DNA of 64,000 nucleotides. Source: Antedon mediterranea. Lineage: Eukaryota > Animalia > Echinodermata. Made by a program: the position numbers and the translations under genes. The stretch lies in NCBI RefSeq assembly GCF_964355755.1, contig NC_092670.1, positions 30,740,388-30,804,387 on the forward strand, in the 5' to 3' direction. Below are positions 27,501 to 40,920 of this stretch, piece after piece (the first letter of the stretch is position 1; each line of letters opens with the position of its first letter). The notes under the pieces were generated by a model. The model searched no databases. It was not told the DNA's origin and saw only the letters and a program-made list of their open reading frames with translations.

Positions 27501-28742
27501 CCTATATTTCTCAATTCAACGTAATTGTCTATTAACACATATCTTTCAAACGTATAGGTCTATTGTTAGGCCAATACAAAATTAAAATGGATCCATTTTA
27601 CCTATGTTGGCTGTACTGTATACGGTACTTGTTTTGGTCTATTAACCAAGCTAAAAGATGACTTATAAAACGTTTTAAAAGAAAGGAAAAGTATAAGGGT
27701 GAATAAAGTTAACGTTTCGGTCTTTTAGTCACAAGAGTGGCTATTGTTCCACACTAAACAAGCTACAACAAGCTTTAACACTGAGTAGGTGTATCATTGA
27801 AATTGAACTATCAGCAATGGTTTCACAATGATAATATACTCCTCTTTCTATCCAGGCTCAATAATGCAATTATGATTCTTTGTTAACATATATGTTATTA
27901 GATTTGGTTGGCAAACTGACGACAGGCTGACGTCTAAAGCCAGTGTCAATGCGTGTGTATCATTGTTAATTATATTATTTGGCAGCGAAGATTGTATATT
28001 AATTAAAGAGGACATGTTCGTATGTATTGCCAATCTTCTTCAGATAAACGTGTTTCTGTACTTGAATTCGGACGATGTTCAATTTCAGTCTCAATTTCGA
28101 AAGAATAGCGTATACGCTGCAGTTATATTACACACGTTCCATATTCCACGCAAAACTATTTTAATTCTAGTTTATAACAAGTGCATCGTATTCATGATTA
28201 TTTCTTATTTACACATAGGTCATTGTAGCTTACCTGACCCTGTGATGAAACATCTTACTTATTATAGCGGCTAACTATTCTAAAGACAGATATGTCCGCT
28301 GTCAAATTACGCTTACGCCAACGCAATGTCATGTGATTAGGCCTATGCTGACGTCTCACGCGATTGTGAACGCTTTGTGTCAACAATGTATATGTTCCAC
28401 AAATGGGATTGCGCGCAAAATGGAAACGTAAGCAAAATAAGCGTTGCGATTACGTGACATGTATTACCTTAGCTTATATTGCGTCGTGTATTAACGCTTT
28501 TGATATATCGTCTGGTCCGTTCCTTATAATAAGCTGACGATATGACAGTTTTTATTACACAACATATAATCATCATTTGTACCAGATTTATTCTAACACC
28601 TTTCAATCTTTTACTGAAACATTTATTTGAACGGGAGATTTGACATCCATTAAACGCTTACATAGGGACATGTGGGACTAATGTAAAGGGATCAAAAGCC
28701 GACACGGCTATCAGAGGTGGTTGAGAGACGATGAAGTTCTAA

Positions 28743-28868
28743 AGCGTGCTTCCCACTCGGATAGAAATAACGCAAGGACGTAAAGCGCACCGCAAGTTAA
28801 GTTTACTAATCACAACTACTCATGCGTTTTGAGTAGCCGTTGTTTTGCCTCCGAGTGGGAACCAACCT
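28743..28868. mobile_element. Shorter related MITE of the same superfamily
   Basis: AGCGTGCTTCCCACTCGGA...TCCGAGTGGGAACCAACCT with TAA on both sides and internal AACGCAAGGACGTAA as in the 24400 copy. Confidence 0.75.
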
Positions 28869-29041
28869 TAAAATCAAAGTATAGCCTATTAATCAACGGA
28901 ATAATTTATATACCAATCTTCTTCCCCAATTTGCATATTTGAAAATACATATTTTAGGATTCGGTCATTAGAGATTTCCCCTGCCATTTCAATTGTTGTG
29001 CATTCTTTCAGGCTACTTATTTCTGAATATTACGAACTGTC

Positions 29042-29118
29042 GAACGGGTTAGAAGTTTGTGGGACCGGGTCCGGTACCAAGAACGGGTTAGAAGTTTGTG
29101 GGACCGGGTCCGGTACCA
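29042..29118. repeat. Perfect 39-bp tandem duplication
   Basis: GAACGGGTTAGAAGTTTGTGGGACCGGGTCCGGTACCA at 29042 and 29081. Confidence 0.95.
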
Positions 29119-32112
29119 CAACGCATACATTTCCATAATACGCGCCTTTCGGCACTACTCTGTGAGCGGCTGCAAGCAACATGGAGAACTTAAGTAAAGT
29201 TTATCGGTTCATGGTCAAGAAAAATCGATGTGTGTGTGTGTGTGTTTGTTTTGTTTTAGTTTAACAAAGGTGCCTGGTCTATATTAATTAAGAATGACCA
29301 GGTAAAACAAACAAAGTTAAGGGAACGCGACATACACAATTGTCATTCATGTATAAAACGATATAGATAATTCCTTCGTGTGTGCATCCTCTCTGACGCG
29401 TGTGGAACCAAACTGACGCGTGAGCAATCATTCAAGCATTTGTGAACATGATAGAATTAAATTAGTGTACGTCACGAGTACGAGTCAACTTTCTTTATTT
29501 TGTTTGAGTATAATCGGAATAACAACCAAATGTGTCCACACTTCAGAAAATGTCAAGAACGTTTTTCGGAGGGCACAGTGTGCTTAGACCTCGGTGAGGT
29601 TAAATTTGTTTAAACTGCCAATAATCAACACACTTGTTGTTTGCATTTATGCCTTATACTGGTCTACTGAGCTGTTCGTGCTGAATCATTACCAACTTCA
29701 GAACATGTATATAAAAAATGAATAACTTATGAATTTAACTCTAAATAAACACTCCGTATTTATATTGCAATCCACAATCTGTCTACGAATACAAACTTAT
29801 AGTTTATATCATGTAGGGCTGGCTTGAGGTGTTTTGTTTTATAGATTTCTCGTGGAATGGAACAGAAAGAAGAATGTAATGAATTTTATTTTAAAAAAAC
29901 CACTTATTTTATCGTTTCCTGGCTGTTTACCGTTGAATGGAATCAGTGATGATATGCAAAATATTTTCGCATTGTTGTACCGTTAGTATGAATGAATTTA
30001 ACTTTGTTGTCTTATACTTGTTTTATACTACGTTTTACGAGACAGAACGCGTAGGCCTAATATTACTAAAATCGATTTAATGAGCTAATACAAAATTATA
30101 TAGCATGTACCATTATATAGGAAGCGCCTCTAGCTAGAGGACCTAGCAACTATACGTTATGTCAATTGAGGGCATGTGAGGACAATCTCGGCCTCTCGCT
30201 CAATTTTCGACACAACTTGTGTGCGGATTAGGCTATATAGGTGCGTAAGTTTGTAGGCCGTGGTATAGGTAGAAGTTCTCTATTAACCAAATGAATTTAA
30301 CTGCTGGTTACTTCCCATCACCACTATCGGTAGTTTAAACAATAACAAATATAGTATATAAATAAATATATCACTCGATTTACTTTACCACGATTCTAGG
30401 TTGGACGTTGGTCTAACACTGTTACTGATAATATTTAGCTTTGGATGTAAGGCCTATTATTATGATTATAACAGAAGGGTTGTTCATTATTATATCCGTC
30501 TGGCGTTAATTTAATCGGAGGCTCATGCCATTGTCATTATTACGCCTAGTGAACGCATTTTAAATGGATAGAATCTATTATTTATTAACGTCCGAGTTTA
30601 TTAACCGTATTGTGAACCTGTTTCGTTTATTGTTCTTTAGTTTTGGATTTCTATTGTGACCTCGGTCATTATGCAAGTATTGAGTTGAAATGAATACATG
30701 CGGACAACAGCAAATGAAATTCATATTTATAATGATGCTTATCATATTGTTATGAATAATTATTAAATGTGAATCACTTATTTTAATGACGGAAAGGTAT
30801 TCAAAATCATGTACATAGAACCCCTTTCAAGGGGATACCTACGGGAGCGAGAAAAATGTTCCCGAGGGTTGTTCCCGAGGTAGATTCCCGAGTTCTAAAT
30901 AGGTGTGTCTACAAAATTGTGTGCGGTTGGGGGAGGGAGGGGGGGGGGGGTAGTTGGGGCTCTTTTTTGTTTTATTTTCTGTGCTGTTTAATTATGTTAT
31001 TTTTGTTATTGTGGAAATATAAAACAGTTTGCGGTCCTACAGATACAGTAATCTGTTTACATACAGTATGTGCGCGCTTATCTTTTTGTGAAACAAACAA
31101 CGTAAAATATTAAAAATGAAGTTCCAATCAAATGACATGCCAAGTAAATATTATTATCTTTGATTGATTTCTATTTTATATGCCATACCTTTAACCTGTT
31201 AATCATGCTATTTAAGGCTGTTTTATCTACGATACAGTCATACCGTACATCATTCTATTGTATACGTCTCTTATCTTCAAGCTATTAAATTAAACACCAA
31301 TTAGGTTAACCAGATGCCAATGACTTTATAAATTATAAATACAATAACCATTTTTATTCACTAATAATTTGTTATGTCATTGACATAGGAAATTGATTAT
31401 AGTATTAGTAGTGAGTGCAATGATTATTTTAGTAGTACATACAATAAACGCTCTAATAATACTAATTAAAAGAACTAATAAATTGCCAATTAATGTCATC
31501 CACTTAATGTGGCGAGTTTATTTCCTTTTTTGTGGTGTAACTTACCACTTTTATTCGTTCATCTTAATAATTACATTCACATAATTACTCTTTGTTTTTC
31601 ATAATTTTCTTGAATGTACGATACTTAATGTGACGAGTTAGAGACGAAACGATGTCTAATCTAATGGTTGTATTTTAACTAAAGGACCTTCAAGCATATT
31701 TTTAAACATCTCATGAAGGACCAGTCAAGGTCAATTGCCATAAATAAAGAATGGCCAAAACTATCATCCAAAAATACATGAAATGTGTACTGTCTAAAAT
31801 TATAAATAAACTGGTGTTTCTATAGAACAATCCACGATACTTTACTGTAGGCTGTATGTAGGCCTTGTTGTAAAACGGAAGTTTGATATTACATTCCACG
31901 TACGTGTCAAGACAACGAGCATAAAATACAAGAACAAACGGAGAACCTGACCCGTTTTCAAATAATACCAACTATAACTACAAACTATACAAATCGTTGT
32001 AAAACAATAATGGTTCTAATCTATGATAAGTATTACACACTAAACTATTAGAAATATTTAAAAACAGTAATCATCTCCTGATTAGTTTATCCGTTTTATT
32101 TGTATTAACAAA

Positions 32113-32456
32113 TGGCCGAGCGGTTAAGGCAGGGGCGCCGTTTACCGTACCTAAAGAGCCAACAACATCGGCAAGGGTTCGAGGCCGACTCGCTCCAAGT
32201 TCTGGTGGTGGAACAAGTCTTCTCGGATAAGGACTATAAACCGTAGGTCCAGTGTACACAGTTATAACCTGTGTGCACTTTAAAGAACCCAGTTCATTAT
32301 TCGAAAAGAGTAGGGGGTTACCCCGGTGAACTGGTTCACAAAATAGCCCCTGTATCAGGAGGATTACCACCTATCTGATAGGACAGTGATTAATTCACTA
32401 TTGGTAATCCTTGGCCACAGTGCCTAAAGACATAAAATAAAAAATAAATAAAATAA
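32113..32456 (+). mobile_element. tRNA-derived SINE with Deu/Nin central domain (DeuSINE superfamily)
   Basis: A box TGGCCGAGCGG (32113) and B box GGTTCGAGGCC (32176). Core GGATAAGGACTATAAACCGTAGGTCC...CACTTTAAAGAACCC...AAGAGTAGGGGTTACCCCGGT resembles the AmnSINE1/DeuSINE domain (from recall). 3' hairpin GGATTACCA...TGGTAATCC and an (AAAAT)n tail. Confidence 0.85.
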
Positions 32457-32460
32457 CATA

Positions 32461-32800
32461 CAGTAGAACACAGGACAATTAGTGGACACCTTAAAGCTTG
32501 GTTCCCACTAGAACGTAACGCAAGGACGTAAACGCAACGCAAGCGTTTTAACCAATGACAAGCGAAGTTATAGACAGTTAGCAATCACAAGCGAATAAGC
32601 CATCGCTTGTGATTGGTCAATTCACTCGCGTTGTGTTACGTCCTTGTGTTGCGTCGCTAGTGGGAACCACGCTTCAGGACCCAACCAACTGCTCTATAAT
32701 AATATAGGATTTTGTCGTAATGGTAAACTTCACAAGAAAAATGTGTCCCCATTGTAGAGGTATCCATTAAATAGAGGTTTCTCAAAGAAGGGGTTCTGTG
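32461..32800. mobile_element. Old Tc1/pogo(Tigger)-like MITE interrupted by the 179-bp MITE
   Basis: TA|CAGTAGAAC...GGGGTTCTGTG|TA with internal GGACACC and TAAATAGAGG motifs shared with copies at ~51720-51880, ~53555-53610 and 62534-62707. Confidence 0.65.
32495..32673. mobile_element. 179-bp MITE, copy 2 (inverted relative to 24400-24578)
   Basis: Reverse complement of the 24400 copy with a few substitutions and the same length; flanks TAA/TCA. Confidence 0.9.
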
Positions 32801-35800
32801 TAGTTTCTAATATTAACATTATAATAACGGATTGGATTTGAAGTAGGCCTGCAGCCTTCAAAACAAACGAAACCTAGACCTTTAAACGTTCAACCTTGTC
32901 GGTCTACAGTGTTTGCATAGCAACGACTTTGTACTTGGTTTGCATATAGTGGGTCAAAATATTGTGAACGTTAAGCTCTGTATACACTATCAAACTAGTT
33001 TTACAACAAAATGTACGTGTGATATGCCCACATATGGTAGTGATATTCCCAAATAGGAATGGTAGTGATATGACATCATGTCCATGGCACATCACATTTC
33101 GTTGTGACATAAAATTTGATAGTCTGGACCGAGCTTTATTGAGCAAGAACTAATGGAAAATAATGGAAAAACTATTTATTTAGATGTTTGCTACAGCCAC
33201 CCTTATGTTAGTCTTAACAACCCCAAATTAGTATTTCTTTTAAAGCAATAGAATAAAAACTCCCGTGGAATTGGTGGACCAATATGTAACGCGCGTCCAT
33301 AATGTGATGAAAAACATTACGTTATTTTTTCGCGCGCGTCAAAACTGATGAAAGCATCACATATTGTGTACGCGCGCGTCCTTGACATTATTCAATGCTA
33401 TATAATATTGTGATACGTTGTTGTAAGTCTGTTCGTTGTGTATAGTATGCTGGTACCGTTACCGTATACTTTACAACAAACAAAGCACATCACTTTGCTT
33501 CTTTCGTTGCATTATTGATTATTATACGATGATATGGGCACGAAATCGAATTAAGCACTAATGTCCTAATAGAACTAATCTATGATTATATTTTTACATA
33601 ATTGTTTATAAATGTATTTTATTATCATATTTCCTGCAAAACTAAACTACATTGACTGTAGTATAACACAATGCATGGTCACAATTAATAGGTACTATAG
33701 GCTTACCAACAAAGTCACAAATAAACCTACTATTCAATATATACAAATATGTGACATGTGCGTTCACGTAAATACACAGACACAGCACAATATGTACACA
33801 ACTCGTTTTTAATTTTAAAAACTAGACACTCTATATTACTTTTTTCATTATTAAAACTCAATCGTGTGTGTAGGCCCCACCGTACGAACTAACAATGACT
33901 GACCTACTATAAGCACGGTACGTATAAGCACTCGGGTATGACGCAGCCATGGCTACTCGTTGATTTGATAACTGTTGTTAATAACAGTTATTTCGACAGT
34001 TAGTTTGAAATGTCTAGGGCAATAATGTACAAAACAAAGTGACCTAACCAAAGAGGCTTTACTTACAGACAGGTCCGTCCGGCTATAAATCCTATTGCCT
34101 GTTTGTTGTACGCAAGTTGAGCTTAAACCGTAAACGTATTATTCATTCAGAAAATGCAGTAGGCATTAGATTAGACTACCAATAATAGTCTACACGTTAA
34201 CAGTCCTCGTTGTAAAAGAGTATTTTTAAAACAGCTGCTGTTACTTACTTCTACTAAAACACAGTTATTATTCACAATTCCTCTATTCATATATGTGCAA
34301 TACTCAAGCTGTACTCTTGCTGATCGACTACGTAAATATGATACAAACAATACAATATTCTATCTAACTACCCATGTATACTATCACGTGGTTAGGCAAC
34401 AAGTAATGACCCTTGAACTCTATCTAGGCCATTTTAAGGGACGTATCGCAACAGCTGTAGATACTTCCATGGTAGATTTGGCCAATCAACGACTTTTTAC
34501 AACCAACCAATCATGTGCACAGTAAATTGAAATTGATTTCATGGATCCTATTGACATAAATACAACTTAACTGCCATATAATTCTTCTAGTGGAAGTTTA
34601 TAATATTTGTTTCATATGATCTCCTATTTTGCCCAAAATACAAATGCAATACTTATTATACATGTTATAGGCCTATAACACAATTGTTTTATTCAGTTTT
34701 ATTCAAATGATTGTGTTCGCACAAACATAGACAATATGTTGAAATTAAGGTGATGTGCATCTGACGCAGCTTCTGAACAAAATTGAATTGAAACAATGTT
34801 TGAATGGTTTTTTTTACACTTGGTTCACTTGGAGTCTTCGTACAAATGAGCAAATAATAATATATTTTCATATAATAAATAAAACAGTTTTTGAAGGGCA
34901 TTGGTGGTACATACTTCTACAGTTGAATACAGAGTATATTGAGAAACCTTACAAGGAATTTTAGATAGTAATTATCTTCTTTTTAAAAACGTTTCCATTA
35001 TATAAGTTATATAAAGTCACCTACGTCACTTAATTTACTGAATTTAAAATGATGACGTCTTTCCAACGGTAATCATGGATAACAGTTCAATAGAAAAACT
35101 AAATACTAAATCTACGTTTGAAGGAAATAATTTGACCATGAAAATGATACGAAATGGAAAAATAGTTGATAATATCTGTATATATATAACTTTATCGTTT
35201 TGATTTAGCTTTTCGCTTTTTTTTGTATCTCCATTGAGATCCAGCCACTGATAGATACCCACAGCATTGTCATTTTTTCAGTAATTTGCCTTTGGATTTA
35301 TATATATATCAAAACGAGAAGTAAAACAGCCAGAAAAGTTAGCAGAGCTTTCGGGCAACACTAGCCCTTCATCAGTGCAAATATATTTAACAGTGTTTTC
35401 AATATTGAGCATGCGTATCTTAACAAAGTGGTATATAACAATACTCTATAATATGAATGTCACTCTTTCCGTTGGTCAAACTGAATCACGCTACAATAAT
35501 GAATGGCTATTTCCTTTTCATGATAATAGACAGCATGGTTCTTCTTCTGGCAAAATGCAGTTTCACAATTCCACTAAGGCCAAATATTATTATAAGTAAA
35601 TAAATTTAAAAAAATTTTTCACTTGCTATACCCAATGAAATAAAGGTAAAACGCATATAAATATGTTATCAACATTTAACAATCATATATTAGACCAATA
35701 TTGGAATATCCTAGTCTAGGTTGTAGTCTGTTTTTCGTCTATAAAATGGTATCCCAGCGGTAATTCTGGTAACAAGTTAGGCCTACACAATAAGCTGATC

Positions 35801-38800
35801 CCCCGGAAAGGAAATAGTACTGTATATTTGTAGATTAGACACGGGTGGTATTTGGATGTCATGCCTCCTTGGAACCAGATCCAGGGGGTTATCCCGTGGG
35901 TCTCCACTTAGCTTTCATTTGTTTGTGTCGTCGCACAATTCGCAAAACCATGCAAGGTTGTTTTTTTTTTTGCCTAGAGTAGTACAGTAGTGTTAGTGTG
36001 GTTTCTATTTTTAGTCTATTATGTGCCCCTTACAGTAAACAATCTGGAACATAAAATGAGTAATAATAGGAATCAATAACGGTATTTAGGCCGCGGTAAT
36101 AATGTAATCATGACATTTGTAACCCCTTGAAGAAGATTAATCCCTCGCTGTTGGTAACAAATACACACAGTGCGAAAAAAAAGCAATAAATAAATAAAAC
36201 TCCGAAATCGGACTGCTAACTATATACGACAAAAATGAATATTAGGTCAATAGAAAAATTAAAACTTACTTTTAGGTGTCACATTCAAATTGAATTACGA
36301 GAACTGTTATTTCTATAAATTCATTATATTACTACAAACTCTGTTTTACATTAATCGAATGTTAAGTCCCAGGGTGTTTGGAAATTCTGTTCATAAAATC
36401 GGCGTTAATCCGATAAAGCCTACAGAATAATTGCATTAAAATTCAATTTCGCTGAACAACTCAATTAAAATTCACTGCCATTCTGTAAAGTGTATTACTA
36501 ATTGTACGCCGGTTTTTATTTTATTTTTTAATTTATTTTTTGAGCGTACACCCACCTTTCGCTTTTTTTCTTCTGGTTTTACGTTTATCGTATAGTATTT
36601 AGTTTATACCTCAAAAGATACATTTGTATTTCTAATGCCATTTTAATGCAATATAATAATTATTCACTTTGACCAAAAATGTTATCGAACAAAAAATATT
36701 TACCTAAAAAACTGTAAAGCAGATGGACATCTTACATTATTAATGACATTGTGACTTTAGTTTTAAAAGAGTTTTATTTCTAGTGACTTTTTCTTTTCTT
36801 CTTCTGTGATGGCGCTAGTTACACTCGGTTATGCATGATTACTCGAACGTAATGCATACAATACATAAATATGGAGAAAGATAGGTACTCGGTTTCCATT
36901 GCGAGTATGCTAACAAGCGTGATGTAAATATAATAATGTTCAAATTTGTTTAACAGATTGTCATTATTATGTAAGCCTACTTGTCAGACCCGACATCATA
37001 ATTCTTTTTCTATTATTCAGTGTGAATTTTAGGCTTCTTCATGTTTATATTATGGAGTTTAAAATACTGAAACACAGATTTACGTGTCGTTCTAGGTCTA
37101 ACATAAACAGTTGATATGAAAATCGAAACTAATAGATGACAAGTCCTCGTTATCCTTACAGACGTTGGCTTTGGCTTCTGGGCATCGATTGGAGAATGGA
37201 CTCTACGAGTAAACAGCACTGATTCCAATTACTGATATAAAATATGGATTACATACAGAAGCTTTATTAAATTATGGATGTATACACCGAAACAATCAGC
37301 CAATGTTTTAAGCTAAAGCGTATAATCATAGTTTAAGAAGGTGGTGATGGAGCAACTCTTTATACTTGCTTATATAACGCAGACTGCATATTCGAATCGA
37401 AATCCCCTGCGATTGCATTGAATATTGCAAAAAGAAAACTAAGGTATATATTTATATTCCTTGAGGCCATTCACATCACGCTGCGACATTTTATGAACAA
37501 ATGTTAGGCTAAACCTAGGTTTTGACACATTATTTTAATATAATTTATCGCAGCAGTATAATAAAGGCAAGCTATTACTGTGAGGTATTCGAAGGTTAAA
37601 GCATGGGGTCCCTAGTGTTAGTTCAATGGGTTATTTTGTAGTAGTAGGCGTAAGTACAGCAATTAATGAATTGAAAATAGTGTAGGCATACAGTATGAAT
37701 CGTACACTGGTTATGTAAAACTTAATACAAATTGAGAATAAAACAACCTAATATATTTGACTGATCCTAAAAAAAATGTATAATAGTTTATTAATATTAA
37801 CATCCACGGAGGACAACATTGCTTTAAAAACACACTCTTTTAACTCTGGTTGTTTAGATAACGCAGTGTCTTGCCTATTTGGCCTTCCATACACTGGACA
37901 GCGTGAGGCCATAATGGACATCGAAGCAGAAAAAAATGTATGCACGGAGGATTTGCTAATAATAATAAATTAAAGTGTACAACACGCATTAAACCATATG
38001 TTGTTCCAGTCCATGATCAACTAGACATAATTATTGACAACAAAAAAACATATAAAAAAACATTGTTTAGATTGAAATTGTAATGTGCTGTATACTAAAT
38101 GGCAGCGACATTCGAACATATATGAATAAACGAATACCCGTTTAATTAAGCGAATAATGTTACCCTTTGTACTTTTTTTGTTTAATGCAACACTGAACAA
38201 ACACTATATTATATAATTGTCTAAAATAATGTAATTATTGAGGTAAACTTTAGACCTAGGCCTACAGTGCAAAAGTTGTTTGTTGTGACAGCCAAAGTAG
38301 CTGCATCACAAACGCGTACTATAGTGAACATTAATATTGCATTGCTTTTGTAGATTTGATGATGTGGTCGATGATTGTGAGTTGGTTGTGCGAGGAGTTG
38401 ACAACCAGTATTGGGAATATTAATCAACAATAATATGCAGTTCATTAACAATGAAAGGTCACAATAAACATGTATTCAACACCGTTGAAATTGGTCCATG
38501 TTATCACATGACGCCTGAAGAGAAACCATCAACAACAGAAAGTGAACACAGTTGCAGACAATATATTTTGCTAAAAATTACAACATGACAATGACAATAT
38601 TTTGTTTCGGTTAAATGTCTGATGCAAATGTGTATAATGTGGTTCATTGAACGTCAGACCAATAGTCTTGAATAAGACAAAACAATTATACAAATTCCGA
38701 CACATGTTCATCTACCGGAATAATCGATACGCGCATGGTATAGTACCGATGAATTAGTACCTCCATGGATAAACATACCAACGTTAGCATTGCAAGTAAA

Positions 38801-39970
38801 TGTTGAAGACTGAAGTCGCATTTAACGAAAACAACAATTTTCTGGGTTTGTGAACATTTCATTGTGCCCAGTGGTTTTACTCATGAATAATTGTATGATG
38901 AACACTACACATCAACTAAACGTGTGCATTTTGTAAACAGATGAATCGACCTAACATAAACTGCAGGCTTTCTAATTATCGTCAGTAAGGCGATTATAAT
39001 TATCATAACAATAACAATTGTTTTGAACGAGTGACCAGAGGTGACCTGGCTTCAAATACTGTATAAAATAAAACATAAGTGTAAAAACTGTCGTTACTCC
39101 AGGTACTGATCCACAATGGCCAAATCGGGTATGCTTTCTGGCACCAAAAATAATTTCTTAAAAAACACCGCTCGACTTTTTCAGAGTCTAGTTTTAATTA
39201 TTGTTTTTCTTGCTTCATGAAATGATGTTTTTTTTTTGTATTGATATTCTATCTAAGTAATAATTCAAACAAATATCTATGTGTTATCAATTATTTTTGT
39301 TTAACAAAGAAGTAAACATATATAGTCTGAAATATTTAATTATTAATATTAATAAATAAATATAAATGTGTTGTGTAGTCCGTGGCCTCTGTAGAAAACA
39401 AAAATATAATCCTAAATTAACATAGTACAGTTGTAGTGTGAATATTCTGGAAAAAGGACATTCATTCTCCCCAAAGTCTTCTGACCCTGCACAAGCACAT
39501 AAACATTCCAGTAAACAATTTTTTTTTTCACGAACCTTTGTCGTACAGCCACCGACAAAAGTACTCACTAGTCAAACAATTCTTCATCTTTACAAACCAT
39601 TCGCTTAATTATTTCCATAGAGGAAGAAAGGTTTTGACCACTACTGACCACTGGCGGTAATTATACCCGGCCAACGTTCAGCCAAAACGAAGTAATTGAT
39701 TATCGAACGTGACTTGCAGACTAATTTATGCAAAGACTCTCTTCTCCCAGACGTGCGTTGGGGTTTGCGCATGCCCAGTCCAAATTCCTAGTTTTGTTCA
39801 GCTTCCGAATATAACTGTCTAAAGGCGCATATTAGTCTACGTCTACAGGTATCCTATAGCATAAGTTGTGCTTCCAATTTCTGGTCATCTTGCACTGATA
39901 TTATGAAGCTATCATTTACACTTTGTTCCGTTTTAGTATGAGTGTCTAAACAAGTGTGAATCTAGCTTAA

Positions 39971-40307
39971 GGGCCCATGATAACGATCAATGATAAATAT
40001 ACAAATATGCATTTTTCCACCAAAAACAAAACACTTTTCATTGTAGAACTATAGAATAACCATCTATGCTTCCTTTAAAGAAAATGATATTTTACACGTC
40101 CAATCAAATGACATCATGATAAGTAAGACCAATAATATCGTGACAATACAACTATTTTATTGTTTTTATTTATCATCATCAAAGACAGCATAAATGATTT
40201 TCCTATAGTACTAGAACGAAATCTTTCTAATTTCTTTTGTTTTATGCAAACAAAAAAGCATGCTTATTATATTTATCGTCGATCGTTATCGTAGTGTAAA
40301 TGGGCCT
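39971..40307. mobile_element. ~335-bp Harbinger-like MITE, copy 1
   Basis: GGGCCCAT...ATAACGATC to GATCGTTATCGTAGTGTAAATGGGCCT, with flanks TAA/TTA. Internal TTTCTAATTTCTTTTG is shared with 58020-58347. Confidence 0.8.
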
Positions 40308-40920
40308 TTAAGCATGACGCTGACTTCAAATTATCGTGGGCAACATCACGTGAGTTTGTCTAAACAAGTGTGAATCTAGCTTAAAGTATGACGTTGACTT
40401 CAAATTATCGTGTGGTAACCACCACATCCCATCTGCATCAAATATCATAATCATCTTCAATTAGCTTCTCATGCTTCACCATAAAGACTCGATACAAGAT
40501 TCAATTCGATTATAGGGTTATTTTGGTTAAACTTGTATCACATAAATCATCAAAATCCAATCACATTAATGACGTCACTTTTATTGGGTGAATGACTGAC
40601 TAACTATTATCAAGGAATTACATATTACATTTCATTATTACTGTTTTTCGGTTCCATTTAGGTTTCACAGAAGTCATTTTTGTGTGTACCAGTTTTACAG
40701 TTTCAAATTGGTGGCAAAGGCTACCATACATATGAATTTGGCACTTTCTCGAGCTAAAATCGGGAAAATGTGTACGATATGTGTGTACTATGAATGTTCA
40801 TGTTTATTTTGTGACGTTTCATGAGGGGTCCCCAACTTATGTACGAAAAGAAATATCGCACCTCAGGAATACAACAAAAACAATTACAAGCCCTGCACAT
40901 AATAGTAAACTTATTTTGCA

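Noticed and set aside
32113-32195. tRNA gene
   Set aside because: A and B boxes are present, but there is no acceptor stem or clean cloverleaf, and it runs into a SINE core and A-rich tail.
37748-37973. Overlapping 65-aa ORFs with an HFFLLRCPLW-like motif in another minus frame
   Set aside because: At most a faint LINE zinc-finger remnant; too short and degenerate to call.
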